In this document: piece after piece, positions 45,974 to 56,151 of the stretch
Layout: every line of letters starts with the position of its first letter
How positions within the stretch are numbered: the stretch's first letter is position 1
Assembly (NCBI GenBank): GCA_021324455.1
Contig: JAJPJA010000017.1
Coordinates: 27,273-91,272 of the forward strand
Origin: Pseudomonadota bacterium
Lineage (GTDB): Bacteria > Desulfobacterota > Binatia > Binatales > Binataceae
Reading direction: 5' to 3'
DNA: 64,000 bases
Position numbers and translations under genes: made by a program
Notes under the pieces: generated by a model
Told to the model about the DNA's origin: nothing
Database searches by the model: none
The model's input: only the letters and a program-made list of their open reading frames with translations

Positions 45974-47112
45974 CAGTGCGGACAGTATTACTGGTTTCTT
46001 TTCTGGCCGCCGCGCCGATCACTCCGCTTTGCACGCTCGCGGCCAACGCCCCATCGGCGCCGCTCACGCTCAAGCTGAGCGCAGAGGCCGAAACCGAGCA
46101 TCAGATCAAAGTCGTTGCGGTCGGCAGAAAGCGCCTGGGCGATCTCATTTCGGCTACGGCAACCATCGATCCCGACCCGCGCGAGGTGGCCCGCGTCACC
46201 CCGCGAATCCGCGCCCGCGTGGTGCGTCTGATTGCCGATCCGGGCCAGCGGGTCAGACCCGGGGAGCCGCTCGCGATCCTGAGCAGCATCGAATTGGGAC
46301 AGGCCAAAACGGAATTTCTCAAAGCGCGCGCGCTCAACGATATCGCGCATCAGCATCTGACGCGCGAGGAGAGCCTGTACCAACGTAAAATCGCTTCAAT
46401 GAAGGACGTGCTGGAGGCGCGCGCCGCCTACGACACCGCCTTCGCCCAGTATCAGGCCGCGCGCGAGACCCTGAGCCTGCTGATTGCTCCCGCTGAACTG
46501 GCGCGCGTCAGTTGGTCGAACGGCAGCCGTTCCCTGTCCGACTTCGCGCTGACCTCTCCGATTGCGGGCACTTTGGTCAAACGCGATCTGCTCGTCGGCC
46601 AAATCGTCAACGGCGACGCCGAAGTGATGACCATTATGAACCTCGATCACGTCTGGGTACTGGCCAACATCTTTGAGCATGACGTGGCCGGGCTCTCCGC
46701 CGGCGCGACCGCGCGGGTCAAGGTCGAAGCGTGGCCCGAGCAGAGTTTCGAAGGCGTGGTCTCCTACCTCTCGGACACGGTCGATCCGGTCACGCGCACG
46801 GTGCAGGCGCGAATCGACGTACCCAATCCCGCGCATCGGCTGAAGCCGGGGATGTTCGCGCATGTGGAGATCCAGACCGCGCGCGGGGGACGCGAAGTGC
46901 TGACCGCGCCGGCCTCGGCGATATACGACCTCAACGGGTCCAAAGCCGTGTTCGTCCGCATCGCTCCCCACAGCTTCTCCGTGCGTCCGGTCACGCTTGG
47001 CGCGCAAGGTGATGGCGAAGTGGAAATTCAGTCGGGTCTGAAACCGGGCGAGCAGGTGGTCACCCGCGGCGGCCTGGTGCTCAAGGCGCTGATCGTCAAT
47101 ACGGGCGGCTGA
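45970..47112 (+). CDS. RND periplasmic adaptor (CzcB/CusB-like)
   Basis: GQRVRPGEPL, SPIAG, VDPVTRT, LKPGMF, GLKPGEQVV. Confidence 0.93.
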   Translation: MTVRTVLLVSFLAAAPITPLCTLAANAPSAPLTLKLSAEAETEHQIKVVAVGRKRLGDLISATATIDPDPREVARVTPRIRARVVRLIADPGQRVRPGEPLAILSSIELGQAKTEFLKARALNDIAHQHLTREESLYQRKIASMKDVLEARAAYDTAFAQYQAARETLSLLIAPAELARVSWSNGSRSLSDFALTSPIAGTLVKRDLLVGQIVNGDAEVMTIMNLDHVWVLANIFEHDVAGLSAGATARVKVEAWPEQSFEGVVSYLSDTVDPVTRTVQARIDVPNPAHRLKPGMFAHVEIQTARGGREVLTAPASAIYDLNGSKAVFVRIAPHSFSVRPVTLGAQGDGEVEIQSGLKPGEQVVTRGGLVLKALIVNTGG

Positions 47113-47113
47113 G

Positions 47114-50100
47114 ATGGCGAAGCGCATATTCGAAGCCGCGCTCGAAAACCGCCTGCTCACCATCATCTTTGTGGTGGTGCTGGCCGGATTGGGTATCCGC
47201 GCGATGATGCGGCTGCCCATCGACGCCGTGCCCGACGTTACCCCCAACGTCGTGCAGGTGGTTACCGACGCGCCCGGATTGGGGCCCGCCGAGGTGGAGA
47301 AGTTCATCACGTTTCCGGTGGAAATTGCGATGCGGGGGATGCCGGGAATCAGTGAAATCCGCTCACTGTCGCGCTTCGGTCTTTCTTCGGTCTGGATCTA
47401 CTTCGAAGAAAAATACGACATTTACTTTGCCCGCCGCCTGGTGATGGAGCGTCTGCCCGCCGCGCGTGAGCTGATTCCCAAAGGCTACGGATCGCCCGAG
47501 ATGACGCCGGTCTCCACCGCCTTGGGCGAGATCTATCAGTTCGAGCTGATCGACCGCCGGCGCTCCCTGATGGAGCTGCGATCGATCCTGGACTGGCAGA
47601 TCGCGCCGCGGCTTAAAGCCGTTCCCGGCGTCGTCGAGGTCAACAGCTTCGGCGGCGAGTTAAAGACCTTCGAAGTGCAGCTGGAGCCCGACGCCTTGGT
47701 CAAGTACGGCATCGGCCTCAACGACCTGTTCCGCGCGCTGGAGCGCAACAACGCCAGCACCGGCGGCGGATATATCGTTCACGCCGGCGAGCAGGAAGTA
47801 ATCCGCGGCACCGGTCTGATCGGCAATCTGGACGACGTCGCCAACGTGGTGGTGGGCAATCGCAACGGTGTGCCGATCTACGTGCGCAATTTGGGCAAGG
47901 TGGCGTTCGCCCCGCGCCTTCGCCAGGGCGCGGTTACGCATGACGGCAAAGGCGAGACCGTGGTCGGCGTGGTGATGATGCTGATTGGGGAGAACTCGCG
48001 CGCGGTGGTCGATCGGGTCAAGGATAAAATCGCCGAGATCCAGCCGACCCTGCCCGCCGGCGTCAGAATCGTGCCATTTTACGACCGCGCCGATCTCATC
48101 CGCCGTACGATCCACACCGTGACTCACAATTTGATCGAAGGCGCCGTTTTGGTGGTGCTGGTGCTGTTTGTGTTTTTGGGCGACATCCGCGCCAGCCTGA
48201 TCGTCGGCTCCGTGATTCCGTTGTCGATGCTGGTGGCGTTCATCGGCATGGCCTGGGCAGGGGTGTCGGGCAACCTGATGAGTCTGGGCGCGATCGACTT
48301 CGGTCTGATCGTGGACGGGTCAGTGGTGATGATCGAAAACATCTTCCGCCGGCTGGGTCAAAGCGACCCGCAAAGCGGTTCGGTGAGCCATCGCATCTTC
48401 GACGCCGGCCGCGAAGTGCTGCGCCCGATCGTCTTCGCCATCGGTATCATCATTATTGTCTATCTTCCGATTCTGACGTTTGAGAACGTCGAAGGAAAAA
48501 TGTTCCGGCCGATGGCGCTGACGGTGGTCTTCGCCCTGGCCGGTTCGCTGCTGTGCGCGCTGACCTACGTGCCGGTAATGGCGTCGCTGCTGCTGCGCCA
48601 TCCCGCGCATCACGAGCCCTGGCTCGCGCGTCAATTCGATCGCGCCCATGCATGGCTCAGCGCACAGGCGTGGTCGCGGCCCAGGCTGACGCTGGCGGGG
48701 TCGGCCATCGTGCTGGCAGGCAGTCTCGCGCTGGCGCCGCTGCTGGGCACCGAATTCATCCCCACGCTGGATGAAGGCACCATCAACCTCGACGTCCTGC
48801 GCGTTCCCAGCATCTCGCTGGAGGGCGCCATCAGAGACGCCAGGCGGGCGGAGAAGGCGATGCTTGAACTGCCCGAGGTGAACCGGGTGGTGTCGCGCAT
48901 CGGAAGGCCGGAACTGGCGACCGACACGTCGGGGCCGGACGAAAGCGACGTCTATGTCTTCCTCAAGCCGCGCGAGCAATGGCGGATGCCGGATCGCGAG
49001 CAATTGATTCACGAGATGGAGCACAAACTGGCCCAACGGGTCCCGGAAACCCGCTACGGTTTTTCCCAGCCGATCGAAAACCGCGTCAACGACATGATTG
49101 CCGGTATCAAGGCCGACGTCGCCGTCCACATCTATGGCGACGACTTCGACCGGATGATGGCTTATGGGCAGCGGCTGCTGAAACTGCTCACTTCGCTTCC
49201 CGGCGCCGCCGACCCCAAAATGGCGCCGCGCGCCGGCCTGCCCTCGCTCAACATTGCCGTCGACCGCGAGGCCGTCGCCCGCTACGGCATCAACGCCGCG
49301 GACGTGCTCGATACGATTGAAACCATGGGCGGGAAAATCGTCGGCCAGGTGGTCGAGGGCGACGCGCGCTATCTGCTGCAGGTGCGTTTCGCCGAGAACG
49401 CGCGCAGCAGGCTCGAGCGCCTGGACGACATCAAGGTGGCCGCGCCCGACGGCAAGCTGATCCCGCTGGCCCAACTGGCTCATTTCACCCTGGAGGAGGG
49501 GCCGGTGTCGATCTGGCGCGAGAACCTCGTCCGGCGCGTGACGGCCGCGGTGAACGTGCGCGGCACCGATCTCGGCAGCTTTGTCTCCGCTGCCAAACGG
49601 GCCGTCGCCGATCAGCTTCAACTGCCCCACGGATGGTGGCTGGAATGGGGCGGGCAGTACGAGAACCTCAAGCGCGCGTCGAACCGCCTGATGGTGCTGG
49701 TTCCCGTATCGCTGCTGCTCATTGTAGTACTGCTGTACAATACGTTTATCTCGATGCGTTTGGCGCTGCTGATCTTCAGCAACGTTCTGCTCGGCGCCAG
49801 CGGCGGTATCCTGGCGCTGATCGTGCGCGGACTGCCCTTCTCAATCACCGCCGGCGTCGGATTCATCACCCTGTTCGGCGTATCCGTGCTGAACGGCGTG
49901 GTGCTGGTTTCGGAAATCAACCGTTTGCGCGAGATGGGAGCCGGCGCCGACGAGGCTATCGAGCAGGCGTCGCGCGGCCGCTTGCGGCCGATCCTGATGG
50001 CGTCGATGGTGGCGTTGTTCGGATTTATCCCGATGGCGATCTCGCAGGCGGCGGGCGCGGAGGTTCAACGGCCGCTGGCCACGGTGGTGATCGGCGGCCT

Positions 50101-50215
50101 GCTGACGTCAACGCCGTTTACGCTTTACGTCCTGCCGCTGATTTACAAGTGGCTGGCCCCGGATAACGGCAACGGTGCGGCGCGCGTGCCCAGCGCGCCG
50201 CCGCATCAGGCCTGA
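47114..50215 (+). CDS. Heavy-metal efflux RND transporter (CzcA/CusA family)
   Basis: LPIDAVPD, NLMSLGAIDFGLIVDG, EGKMFRPMA, GAEVQRPLATVVIGG. Confidence 0.96.
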   Translation: MAKRIFEAALENRLLTIIFVVVLAGLGIRAMMRLPIDAVPDVTPNVVQVVTDAPGLGPAEVEKFITFPVEIAMRGMPGISEIRSLSRFGLSSVWIYFEEKYDIYFARRLVMERLPAARELIPKGYGSPEMTPVSTALGEIYQFELIDRRRSLMELRSILDWQIAPRLKAVPGVVEVNSFGGELKTFEVQLEPDALVKYGIGLNDLFRALERNNASTGGGYIVHAGEQEVIRGTGLIGNLDDVANVVVGNRNGVPIYVRNLGKVAFAPRLRQGAVTHDGKGETVVGVVMMLIGENSRAVVDRVKDKIAEIQPTLPAGVRIVPFYDRADLIRRTIHTVTHNLIEGAVLVVLVLFVFLGDIRASLIVGSVIPLSMLVAFIGMAWAGVSGNLMSLGAIDFGLIVDGSVVMIENIFRRLGQSDPQSGSVSHRIFDAGREVLRPIVFAIGIIIIVYLPILTFENVEGKMFRPMALTVVFALAGSLLCALTYVPVMASLLLRHPAHHEPWLARQFDRAHAWLSAQAWSRPRLTLAGSAIVLAGSLALAPLLGTEFIPTLDEGTINLDVLRVPSISLEGAIRDARRAEKAMLELPEVNRVVSRIGRPELATDTSGPDESDVYVFLKPREQWRMPDREQLIHEMEHKLAQRVPETRYGFSQPIENRVNDMIAGIKADVAVHIYGDDFDRMMAYGQRLLKLLTSLPGAADPKMAPRAGLPSLNIAVDREAVARYGINAADVLDTIETMGGKIVGQVVEGDARYLLQVRFAENARSRLERLDDIKVAAPDGKLIPLAQLAHFTLEEGPVSIWRENLVRRVTAAVNVRGTDLGSFVSAAKRAVADQLQLPHGWWLEWGGQYENLKRASNRLMVLVPVSLLLIVVLLYNTFISMRLALLIFSNVLLGASGGILALIVRGLPFSITAGVGFITLFGVSVLNGVVLVSEINRLREMGAGADEAIEQASRGRLRPILMASMVALFGFIPMAISQAAGAEVQRPLATVVIGGLLTSTPFTLYVLPLIYKWLAPDNGNGAARVPSAPPHQA

Positions 50216-50221
50216 GCCGGC

Positions 50222-50509
50222 CTATTGAGTATTGGCCGTATTCGCCGCCTGGGCCGCGCTTGCGGCCGGGGCGCTGGCCGCGACATCGGCGGCGGCGGTC
50301 GAAGCCTGCCGCGGATTGCCGAACCAGACCACGAATCCGACCAGCAGTGCGGCGATACTGAGCAGGATAACGCACGAGCCGCACCATCCCCGGGTTTCAT
50401 GGCAGGCGGCGCTGTGTCCGCATTGAGCGCACCAGGCTTTGAATCGCATCACTGTCCACGAGCAGGGGCTTCCGCGCCGCCCGCATTTTGTGCACGGTAG
50501 AAACAACAA
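50222..50509 (-). CDS. Small Cys-rich membrane protein (hypothetical)
   Basis: GAGGA SD before a TTG start; CTKC, CAQC, CGSC; one TM; Ala-rich tail; fills the intergenic gap. Confidence 0.5.
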   Translation of the reverse strand: MLFLPCTKCGRRGSPCSWTVMRFKAWCAQCGHSAACHETRGWCGSCVILLSIAALLVGFVVWFGNPRQASTAAADVAASAPAASAAQAANTANTQ

Positions 50510-50685
50510 AGCAGTCCTCTCCCAACAGGGTTTTGCGCTACGCCATCCAGAAACGCCCGGCGCGGCATGGCGGAAATGATTGTCGAAAGTTTGAGCGGCG
50601 GGCGCAAGTCCGAAACGTAAACGTTATCCCCAGCTCTGCCGCGGTTGTTAACTATGTGTCAGAATCGGCGCTGCGGGTTTACTTC

Positions 50686-51354
50686 ATGGCAGTGGCTCGG
50701 GTCAGGACCGAAACCGGGGAGCCGGCGTATGCGGCCGGCGCGCTGCGCCATCTCAAGCGCGCCGACCCGGTGATGGCGCAGCTCATCGGTCGAATCGGAC
50801 CGTGTCGGATGCGCATCCGGCGGCGGCGTTTTGAGGCGTTGGCGCGCGCGATTATTTTTCAGCAATTGGCCGGCAGCGCCGCCGCCGCCATTTACGCGCG
50901 CTTCGTCAAACTGTTTCCCGGACGGAGTTTTCCCACACCCGCGCAGGTGCTTGCGCTGCCCGATGAGCGGATGCGGTCGGCGGGGCTGTCGCGTCAGAAG
51001 GCGGCATACCTGCGCGACCTGGCCGGACATGTCGCGGATAAATCGATCAACTTCCGCAAATTCGCCGCGCTGTCCGACGATGAGATCGTCGCGGAGCTGA
51101 TCCGGGTCAAAGGTATCGGGCGCTGGACGGCGGAGATGTTTCTGATGTTCAACCTGGGCCGCCCCGACGTGCTGGCGTTGGACGATTTGGGCCTGCGCAG
51201 CGCCGCGAAGCAGGCTTACGGCTTGTCGGCTTTGCCTACCAGGCGCGAATTGGAAGTTTTGGGCGAGCCGTGGCGCCCCTACCGCTCAGCCGCGTCATGG
51301 TACCTGTGGCAAAGCACGCGCGTCGTGCTGCCAACGAACCGCGGCGGCACCTGA
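50686..51354 (+). CDS. alkA: DNA-3-methyladenine glycosylase II (AlkA family, HhH-GPD)
   Basis: IIFQQLAG, GLSRQK, VKGIGRWTAEM, DDLG, WRPYRS. Confidence 0.9.
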   Translation: MAVARVRTETGEPAYAAGALRHLKRADPVMAQLIGRIGPCRMRIRRRRFEALARAIIFQQLAGSAAAAIYARFVKLFPGRSFPTPAQVLALPDERMRSAGLSRQKAAYLRDLAGHVADKSINFRKFAALSDDEIVAELIRVKGIGRWTAEMFLMFNLGRPDVLALDDLGLRSAAKQAYGLSALPTRRELEVLGEPWRPYRSAASWYLWQSTRVVLPTNRGGT

Positions 51355-51387
51355 AGATTCGCAACCGACGCGAGGGGCCAAAGCTGT

Positions 51388-52554
51388 TCAAAAACTGACG
51401 CCAAGCCCGGCTTCCGGCCCGTAACTGGACCAGCGAATGAAGTTGCCGTCTTCCGAAGAATCTTCGTCCTGCCTGTAGTAATAAACGAAAACCCCCGCCA
51501 TCAGCCGCAGCCGCCCCAGATATCGGGGATTGCTGTAGAACATCCGCGCATGCGCTTCCAAACCGCTTTGTGAAGCCCAAACCGTACCGCCTTCGTCGCG
51601 CAAAGAGTTCCAGCGGTTGATCCAGTTGCCTTCGATCGACCCCTGGAAGATGAAATTCCCGTTCAAGCGGCGGTATGCTTCCAGGCCGATGGTCGGGACA
51701 GGCATTTCCTGGTGATAGAAGTCTTCCTTGGTCTCTTCGCCATGCGAGGTCGGAGTGACCCGCGCGTGGCCGCCGTTAAGCACGAAGTTGATGTAGGTAA
51801 ACTCGATGCCGAGGCGGGCGCGCAGGTCCCATCCCCGCAGCGGCGATGGCCAGTTCGTCTCATATCCCTCGTACCAGGGTACCAGCCTCCGTTCATAATA
51901 GAGGCCTGCGGAATACCAATCGTTGCCAGTGCTCAGAGTCTGATTTGGAGCGATGGTAGAACCGTTGAAGTTGACTGGATAGCTGAAAAAATGCGAGCCG
52001 CCGTTATCGAAGTACCTGAAGCGCAAGTGCAGCGCGCTGAGCCCGCTGAGCCAATACCTCAAATCCAGGCTAGGCATCTGCTGGTTATGCAGCCCAAGCG
52101 CATTGAAGTGCAGACCGGTGCCCTGGAGGCTGAATTCACGCACCCTGACTATACTGCCTGGGCCGGTAAAACCGGACAGATTCTCGATCTGCAGGTCAAT
52201 CTGACCGGCCTGGGGATCGATCGGGTCAAAAGGTCCAACAGGCGGCGGCCGGGCCGGCGTCAATAAGCCGCGATTGTAAAGAAGGTACCCCGCCGCTCCG
52301 CCCGCCAGCGCTCCAAGCATGAATCCAGCTCCAAGCCAGGGCACAGCGCCCCACCTTCCACCGCCCGCACCTTGTGCAAAAGCCGCCCAAGCGGCGGTAT
52401 AGGCGCCCGCGGCCGCACCAATCAAGGCGCTATCGGCGGCGGCTTGAGTGTGCGGATGGAGTGTAAATTGCGCGCCGCATGGCCGGGAACTTAGCAGACA
52501 AATCAGCAATACTGCGATCGGAATTGTGCCCCAATTCCGGCGGCTCTCCCCCAT
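51388..52554 (-). CDS. Hypothetical outer-membrane beta-barrel-like protein
   Basis: Signal peptide, Gly-zipper-like segment, aromatic-rich amphipathic strands, C-terminal GLGVSF. Confidence 0.6.
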   Translation of the reverse strand: MGESRRNWGTIPIAVLLICLLSSRPCGAQFTLHPHTQAAADSALIGAAAGAYTAAWAAFAQGAGGGRWGAVPWLGAGFMLGALAGGAAGYLLYNRGLLTPARPPPVGPFDPIDPQAGQIDLQIENLSGFTGPGSIVRVREFSLQGTGLHFNALGLHNQQMPSLDLRYWLSGLSALHLRFRYFDNGGSHFFSYPVNFNGSTIAPNQTLSTGNDWYSAGLYYERRLVPWYEGYETNWPSPLRGWDLRARLGIEFTYINFVLNGGHARVTPTSHGEETKEDFYHQEMPVPTIGLEAYRRLNGNFIFQGSIEGNWINRWNSLRDEGGTVWASQSGLEAHARMFYSNPRYLGRLRLMAGVFVYYYRQDEDSSEDGNFIRWSSYGPEAGLGVSF

Positions 52555-52618
52555 TTCCGCCTTCCCCCTCAGGCGCTTCGCACCCGCAAAACCCGCCGAC
52601 ACTCCAAAGGCACCATCG

Positions 52619-53509
52619 CTACCAGGCATAGGCGACGCCGATTCCCATCGCCAAGGGCATTTTCGCCCGGGCGTGTGAGGGCAAAGCAGGCGCTCCGACC
52701 GGAAAGATGCGCCATCGCTTGGTCTCCACCGCATGGTTGTCGTGCAGCCTCAGGAGAAGTTCGGTAATAGCCCATCCCAAAAGGCCGCCGGCGACAACGT
52801 CCGAAAACCAGTTCTGGTCGGAACCCATTCGAGTGAAGCCCTCGGTCAGAACCAGCGAATAGAGCGGAACTGCCACGTACCACTTGTTATCGAAATACTC
52901 ACTCGCCCCGGTTGCCATCGCGGAGGTTATTACCATGTCCTCGGACGAGAAGGAGCCGGCATTAAAGGCTCCCACCTTGCGAAAGAACGCTGTATGGCTG
53001 CTGCTTTGAAACGGACGCAGACGACCGAACGCCGCTTCCAGACCCAGATTGGCCAGTACGCCGAATCCGGCTCCCATCATTGCCGTCAGTGCATAGTCGC
53101 GGGCACGTTGATCCCGCCAGTAAAGTCCGGAAACATACTGAAGACTCACACCTGAGATCAGACAGGTGTAACTGAGGTTTTCCATTACATCGTGCGCGCC
53201 GCGAGACATATGGCGAAGGCTGGTTCTCATCGTCTGGTCAAGTGCAAACGAGCCTGCCCACAGCGCACCGGCCGCGCCGACCGCCAGGTAAAACCTCGGA
53301 GATCGAAGCGGACCGCCGGGAGCGGCAAAATGCAATGGCGCGGTCGCTATATCGTCGAAGTCGAGCTGGGTGTTGTTGCTCAGGTATTTGAAGTCATCGG
53401 CCAGGTCAGCGCCGGCGGCCGCTATGCCCGGGGGATACGCCTGTACCGTCGCGGCCGCCGCCAGTAGCATCAATCCAACAAACAATGCTACGAGCCATCC
53501 GGCAATCAT
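52619..53509 (-). CDS. PAP2-superfamily membrane protein with degenerate catalytic motifs
   Basis: GRLRP, SFSSED (usually PSGH), TRM..DQNWFSDVVAG (usually SR....H...D). Confidence 0.75.
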   Translation of the reverse strand: MIAGWLVALFVGLMLLAAAATVQAYPPGIAAAGADLADDFKYLSNNTQLDFDDIATAPLHFAAPGGPLRSPRFYLAVGAAGALWAGSFALDQTMRTSLRHMSRGAHDVMENLSYTCLISGVSLQYVSGLYWRDQRARDYALTAMMGAGFGVLANLGLEAAFGRLRPFQSSSHTAFFRKVGAFNAGSFSSEDMVITSAMATGASEYFDNKWYVAVPLYSLVLTEGFTRMGSDQNWFSDVVAGGLLGWAITELLLRLHDNHAVETKRWRIFPVGAPALPSHARAKMPLAMGIGVAYAW

Positions 53510-53886
53510 GGCAGTCTCTGACCCGGCCGCGCCGGGAGCCGGATAAGTCCCGGGTCGCCGGAACTACTCCCGGTCGAACGCGACCCGGCGTCAATTCAGG
53601 GCCTCAAGTTGTGGGGCGTGGAATGTGGTTGGGACGGACGAGGACGACGTGCCACGCCCGCATACGCAAGCCAAGCCTACTCCTCGATTGCGAAAATGCA
53701 ATCCTGCGGCCTGACCCGAAGGTGCGCCGCCGCAGGCATCGCGCCGGGCCGCTTCGCGATCAACATCCAAGCCGGCTCGCAGTACTGCCGCATCCAACTG
53801 TGGGTCGTGCCGGCCGCGTCAATTGCGACGCGGTTTCAAAGCTTCCCGGCCGAACTCGGCATCGTCAGGCTGTAAATGTGATTTCG

Positions 53887-54741
53887 TCAGGTAAACATCG
53901 CGGCCAGGCCTTTGGGTTTTACCAGCTTGCCCGCGGGTTTCATCTCCTGCGCCATCTTGTCCAGCGTCTGGGTGAACGCCGCCATCTCGGCCGCCTGACG
54001 CGATTGGAACAGCTCCAACTCGCGGGCGCGGCGGCGCTCGAATTCATCGCGCTCGCGCTTGCGCCGTCCGTAGAACCCTTCGAAGTGCTTGCGCACCGCC
54101 TCGTAGATGGTTTTGTTGGGCACGAAAGAGGCCGAGCATGAGGGGCAGTAGAAAACCATCCCGACCCGGAAATGACGATACGGCAGCGTGTAATTGGCGC
54201 TGCAGACGTGGCATACGATGGGCACTTCCCAGGTTGCCGGGTCGAATTCGGCGGCATCCGCCGCCGATACCGGAGCCGGAGCGGGTTTGGGCGCCGCCGC
54301 AGGAGCCGCTGCTTTGGGCGCCGGTGCCGCGGCTGCGGGAGCGGGGGCCGGCGCCGCGGCGCCGTTGGGAGCGGCGGCTCCATTGCCCGCGGCGGCCGGG
54401 GCCGCGCCCTCTTTGCGGAAGCGCGAAGGCGCGTCGGCGGCGAAGCTCTGTTCGGGATGCAACGCGCGGGCGCGCTCGAGCAGCACCTGTTCGCTCTCGA
54501 TATTGTTCGGGTCGGTTACGCAGCAGTCCACCGGGCAGACCGCCGCGCACGCCTCATGGTCATAGAAGCCGACGCATTCCGTGCATTTGGAGGGCACGAT
54601 ATAAAAGATGTCCTGGGCCAGCGCGGGCGAGGCCGCGCCGTTAAGCTCCCAATCCACGCCGCCGGCATAAATCGCGGTGTTGGGACATTCGGGTTCGCAG
54701 GCCCCGCAATTGATGCAATCGCTGGTGATTATCGTCGCCAT
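53887..54741 (-). CDS. YfhL-like 2x[4Fe-4S] ferredoxin fused to Ala/Pro linker, C4 Zn-ribbon and helical tail
   Basis: CINCGACEPECP, CTECVGFYDHEACAAVCP, then CHVC...CPSC. Confidence 0.85.
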   Translation of the reverse strand: MATIITSDCINCGACEPECPNTAIYAGGVDWELNGAASPALAQDIFYIVPSKCTECVGFYDHEACAAVCPVDCCVTDPNNIESEQVLLERARALHPEQSFAADAPSRFRKEGAAPAAAGNGAAAPNGAAAPAPAPAAAAPAPKAAAPAAAPKPAPAPVSAADAAEFDPATWEVPIVCHVCSANYTLPYRHFRVGMVFYCPSCSASFVPNKTIYEAVRKHFEGFYGRRKRERDEFERRRARELELFQSRQAAEMAAFTQTLDKMAQEMKPAGKLVKPKGLAAMFT

Positions 54742-54904
54742 CTATTTCGAATCTCCGCAAACGGGGGACGCTATGATTCAATCTAGCAATCGGGCGGACC
54801 GCCAATCAAACCGCTATTCCGGCCGCGGCCAAGGCTCGCTTTAATCATGCCTTGGGTTATGCTGATGACGGAATCGGGAGAGACCTGCTAAAGGAACAAA
54901 TTCG

Positions 54905-56080
54905 ATGGACCTCAATCTGACTCCGGAGGAGGAAGCTTATCGCGAGCAGGTGCGGGCCTGGCTCGCCAACAACCGTCCCGTCGCGCTGCATCAGCGCGGC
55001 GTGGTCGACGGCAAGACCTGGGTAGAGCGGGCCAAAGACTGGCAACGCCGGCTGTACGAGGGTGGATTGCTGGCGCTGTCGTGGCCCCGGGAATACGGCG
55101 GCCAGGCGCTGGATCCGATGCGTCAGGCGATCGTCAGCGAAGAGCTGGCGCGCGCCAACGTCGGCGGCGTCGTGGGCGGCAATGCGATCGGGATGCTCGG
55201 GCCTACCCTCATCACCTGGGGCACCGAGGAGCAGAAGCGCCGCTACCTGCCCAAAATTCTCACCGGCGAGGAAATCTGGTGCCAGGGCTATTCGGAGCCC
55301 GGCGCGGGTTCCGATTTGGCCTCGCTGCGCACCCGCGCCGAACTGCAGGGCGACGAATTCGTCGTCAACGGGCAGAAGGTATGGACCTCGGGCGCGCATA
55401 TCGCCGACATGATGTTCGGCCTGGTCCGGACCAATCCCGACGCTCCCAAGCATAAGGGCATCTCCTATCTGCTGATCGACATGAAAAGCCCCGGTATCAC
55501 CGTGCGGCCGCTGGTGCAGATGAACGGCGAAGCGGATTTCTGCGAGGTCTTCTTCGATAACGTCCGCGTGCCGCGCGCCAACCTGGTCGGCGAGCTCAAC
55601 GAAGGCTGGAAGGTGGCCAACACCACGATGGTGCATGAGCGCAACTGGCTGGGCGCCAGTCCGCAGCGCCTGTTCGACAAGCTGATGGAACGCGCCCGCC
55701 AACAGCGCCGCCGCGGCGTGCCGATGACCTCCGACCCGCTCTTCCGTCATCGCCTGGTTGACATGCAGATCGACGTTGAGGCGATGCGTCTGCATGCGCT
55801 GCGTCTGCTCTCCAACGCGATCCACAAACGCCAGGGCGGGGTCGAGAATATGGTCGCCAAGCTGGTCGGCACCGAGCTGCACCATCGAATGGCCTTGACG
55901 GCGATGGACATGCTGGGCGATTACGGTACGCTGGCGCGGGGCGAGCAGAGCGCGCTGGACCGGGGCGTATGGTCGGCGACCTGGTTCGGATCGATCGCGC
56001 GGATGTTCGGCGGCGGCACGTCTGAGATACAAAAAAACGTAATCGCCGAACGCGGCCTCGGCATGCCCAAAAGCCGCTGA
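54905..56080 (+). CDS. Acyl-CoA dehydrogenase (catalytic-type subunit)
   Basis: WCQGYSEPGAGSDLASL, NGQKVWTS, GGTSEIQKNVI. Confidence 0.95.
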   Translation: MDLNLTPEEEAYREQVRAWLANNRPVALHQRGVVDGKTWVERAKDWQRRLYEGGLLALSWPREYGGQALDPMRQAIVSEELARANVGGVVGGNAIGMLGPTLITWGTEEQKRRYLPKILTGEEIWCQGYSEPGAGSDLASLRTRAELQGDEFVVNGQKVWTSGAHIADMMFGLVRTNPDAPKHKGISYLLIDMKSPGITVRPLVQMNGEADFCEVFFDNVRVPRANLVGELNEGWKVANTTMVHERNWLGASPQRLFDKLMERARQQRRRGVPMTSDPLFRHRLVDMQIDVEAMRLHALRLLSNAIHKRQGGVENMVAKLVGTELHHRMALTAMDMLGDYGTLARGEQSALDRGVWSATWFGSIARMFGGGTSEIQKNVIAERGLGMPKSR

Positions 56081-56151
56081 CGTTTGCGCCGGCCTCAAAT
56101 TGAGCATTGGACGGCTGATGACCGTATCGATTCGTGAAAGCTTCTAAATCG

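Noticed and set aside
48320-49630. 436-aa minus-strand ORF
   Set aside because: Antisense to the CzcA-like gene.
54250-54410. GC-rich repetitive stretch
   Set aside because: Encodes the Ala/Pro linker of the ferredoxin fusion.
54857-56107. 416-aa minus-strand ORF
   Set aside because: Typical antisense shadow of an ACAD gene.
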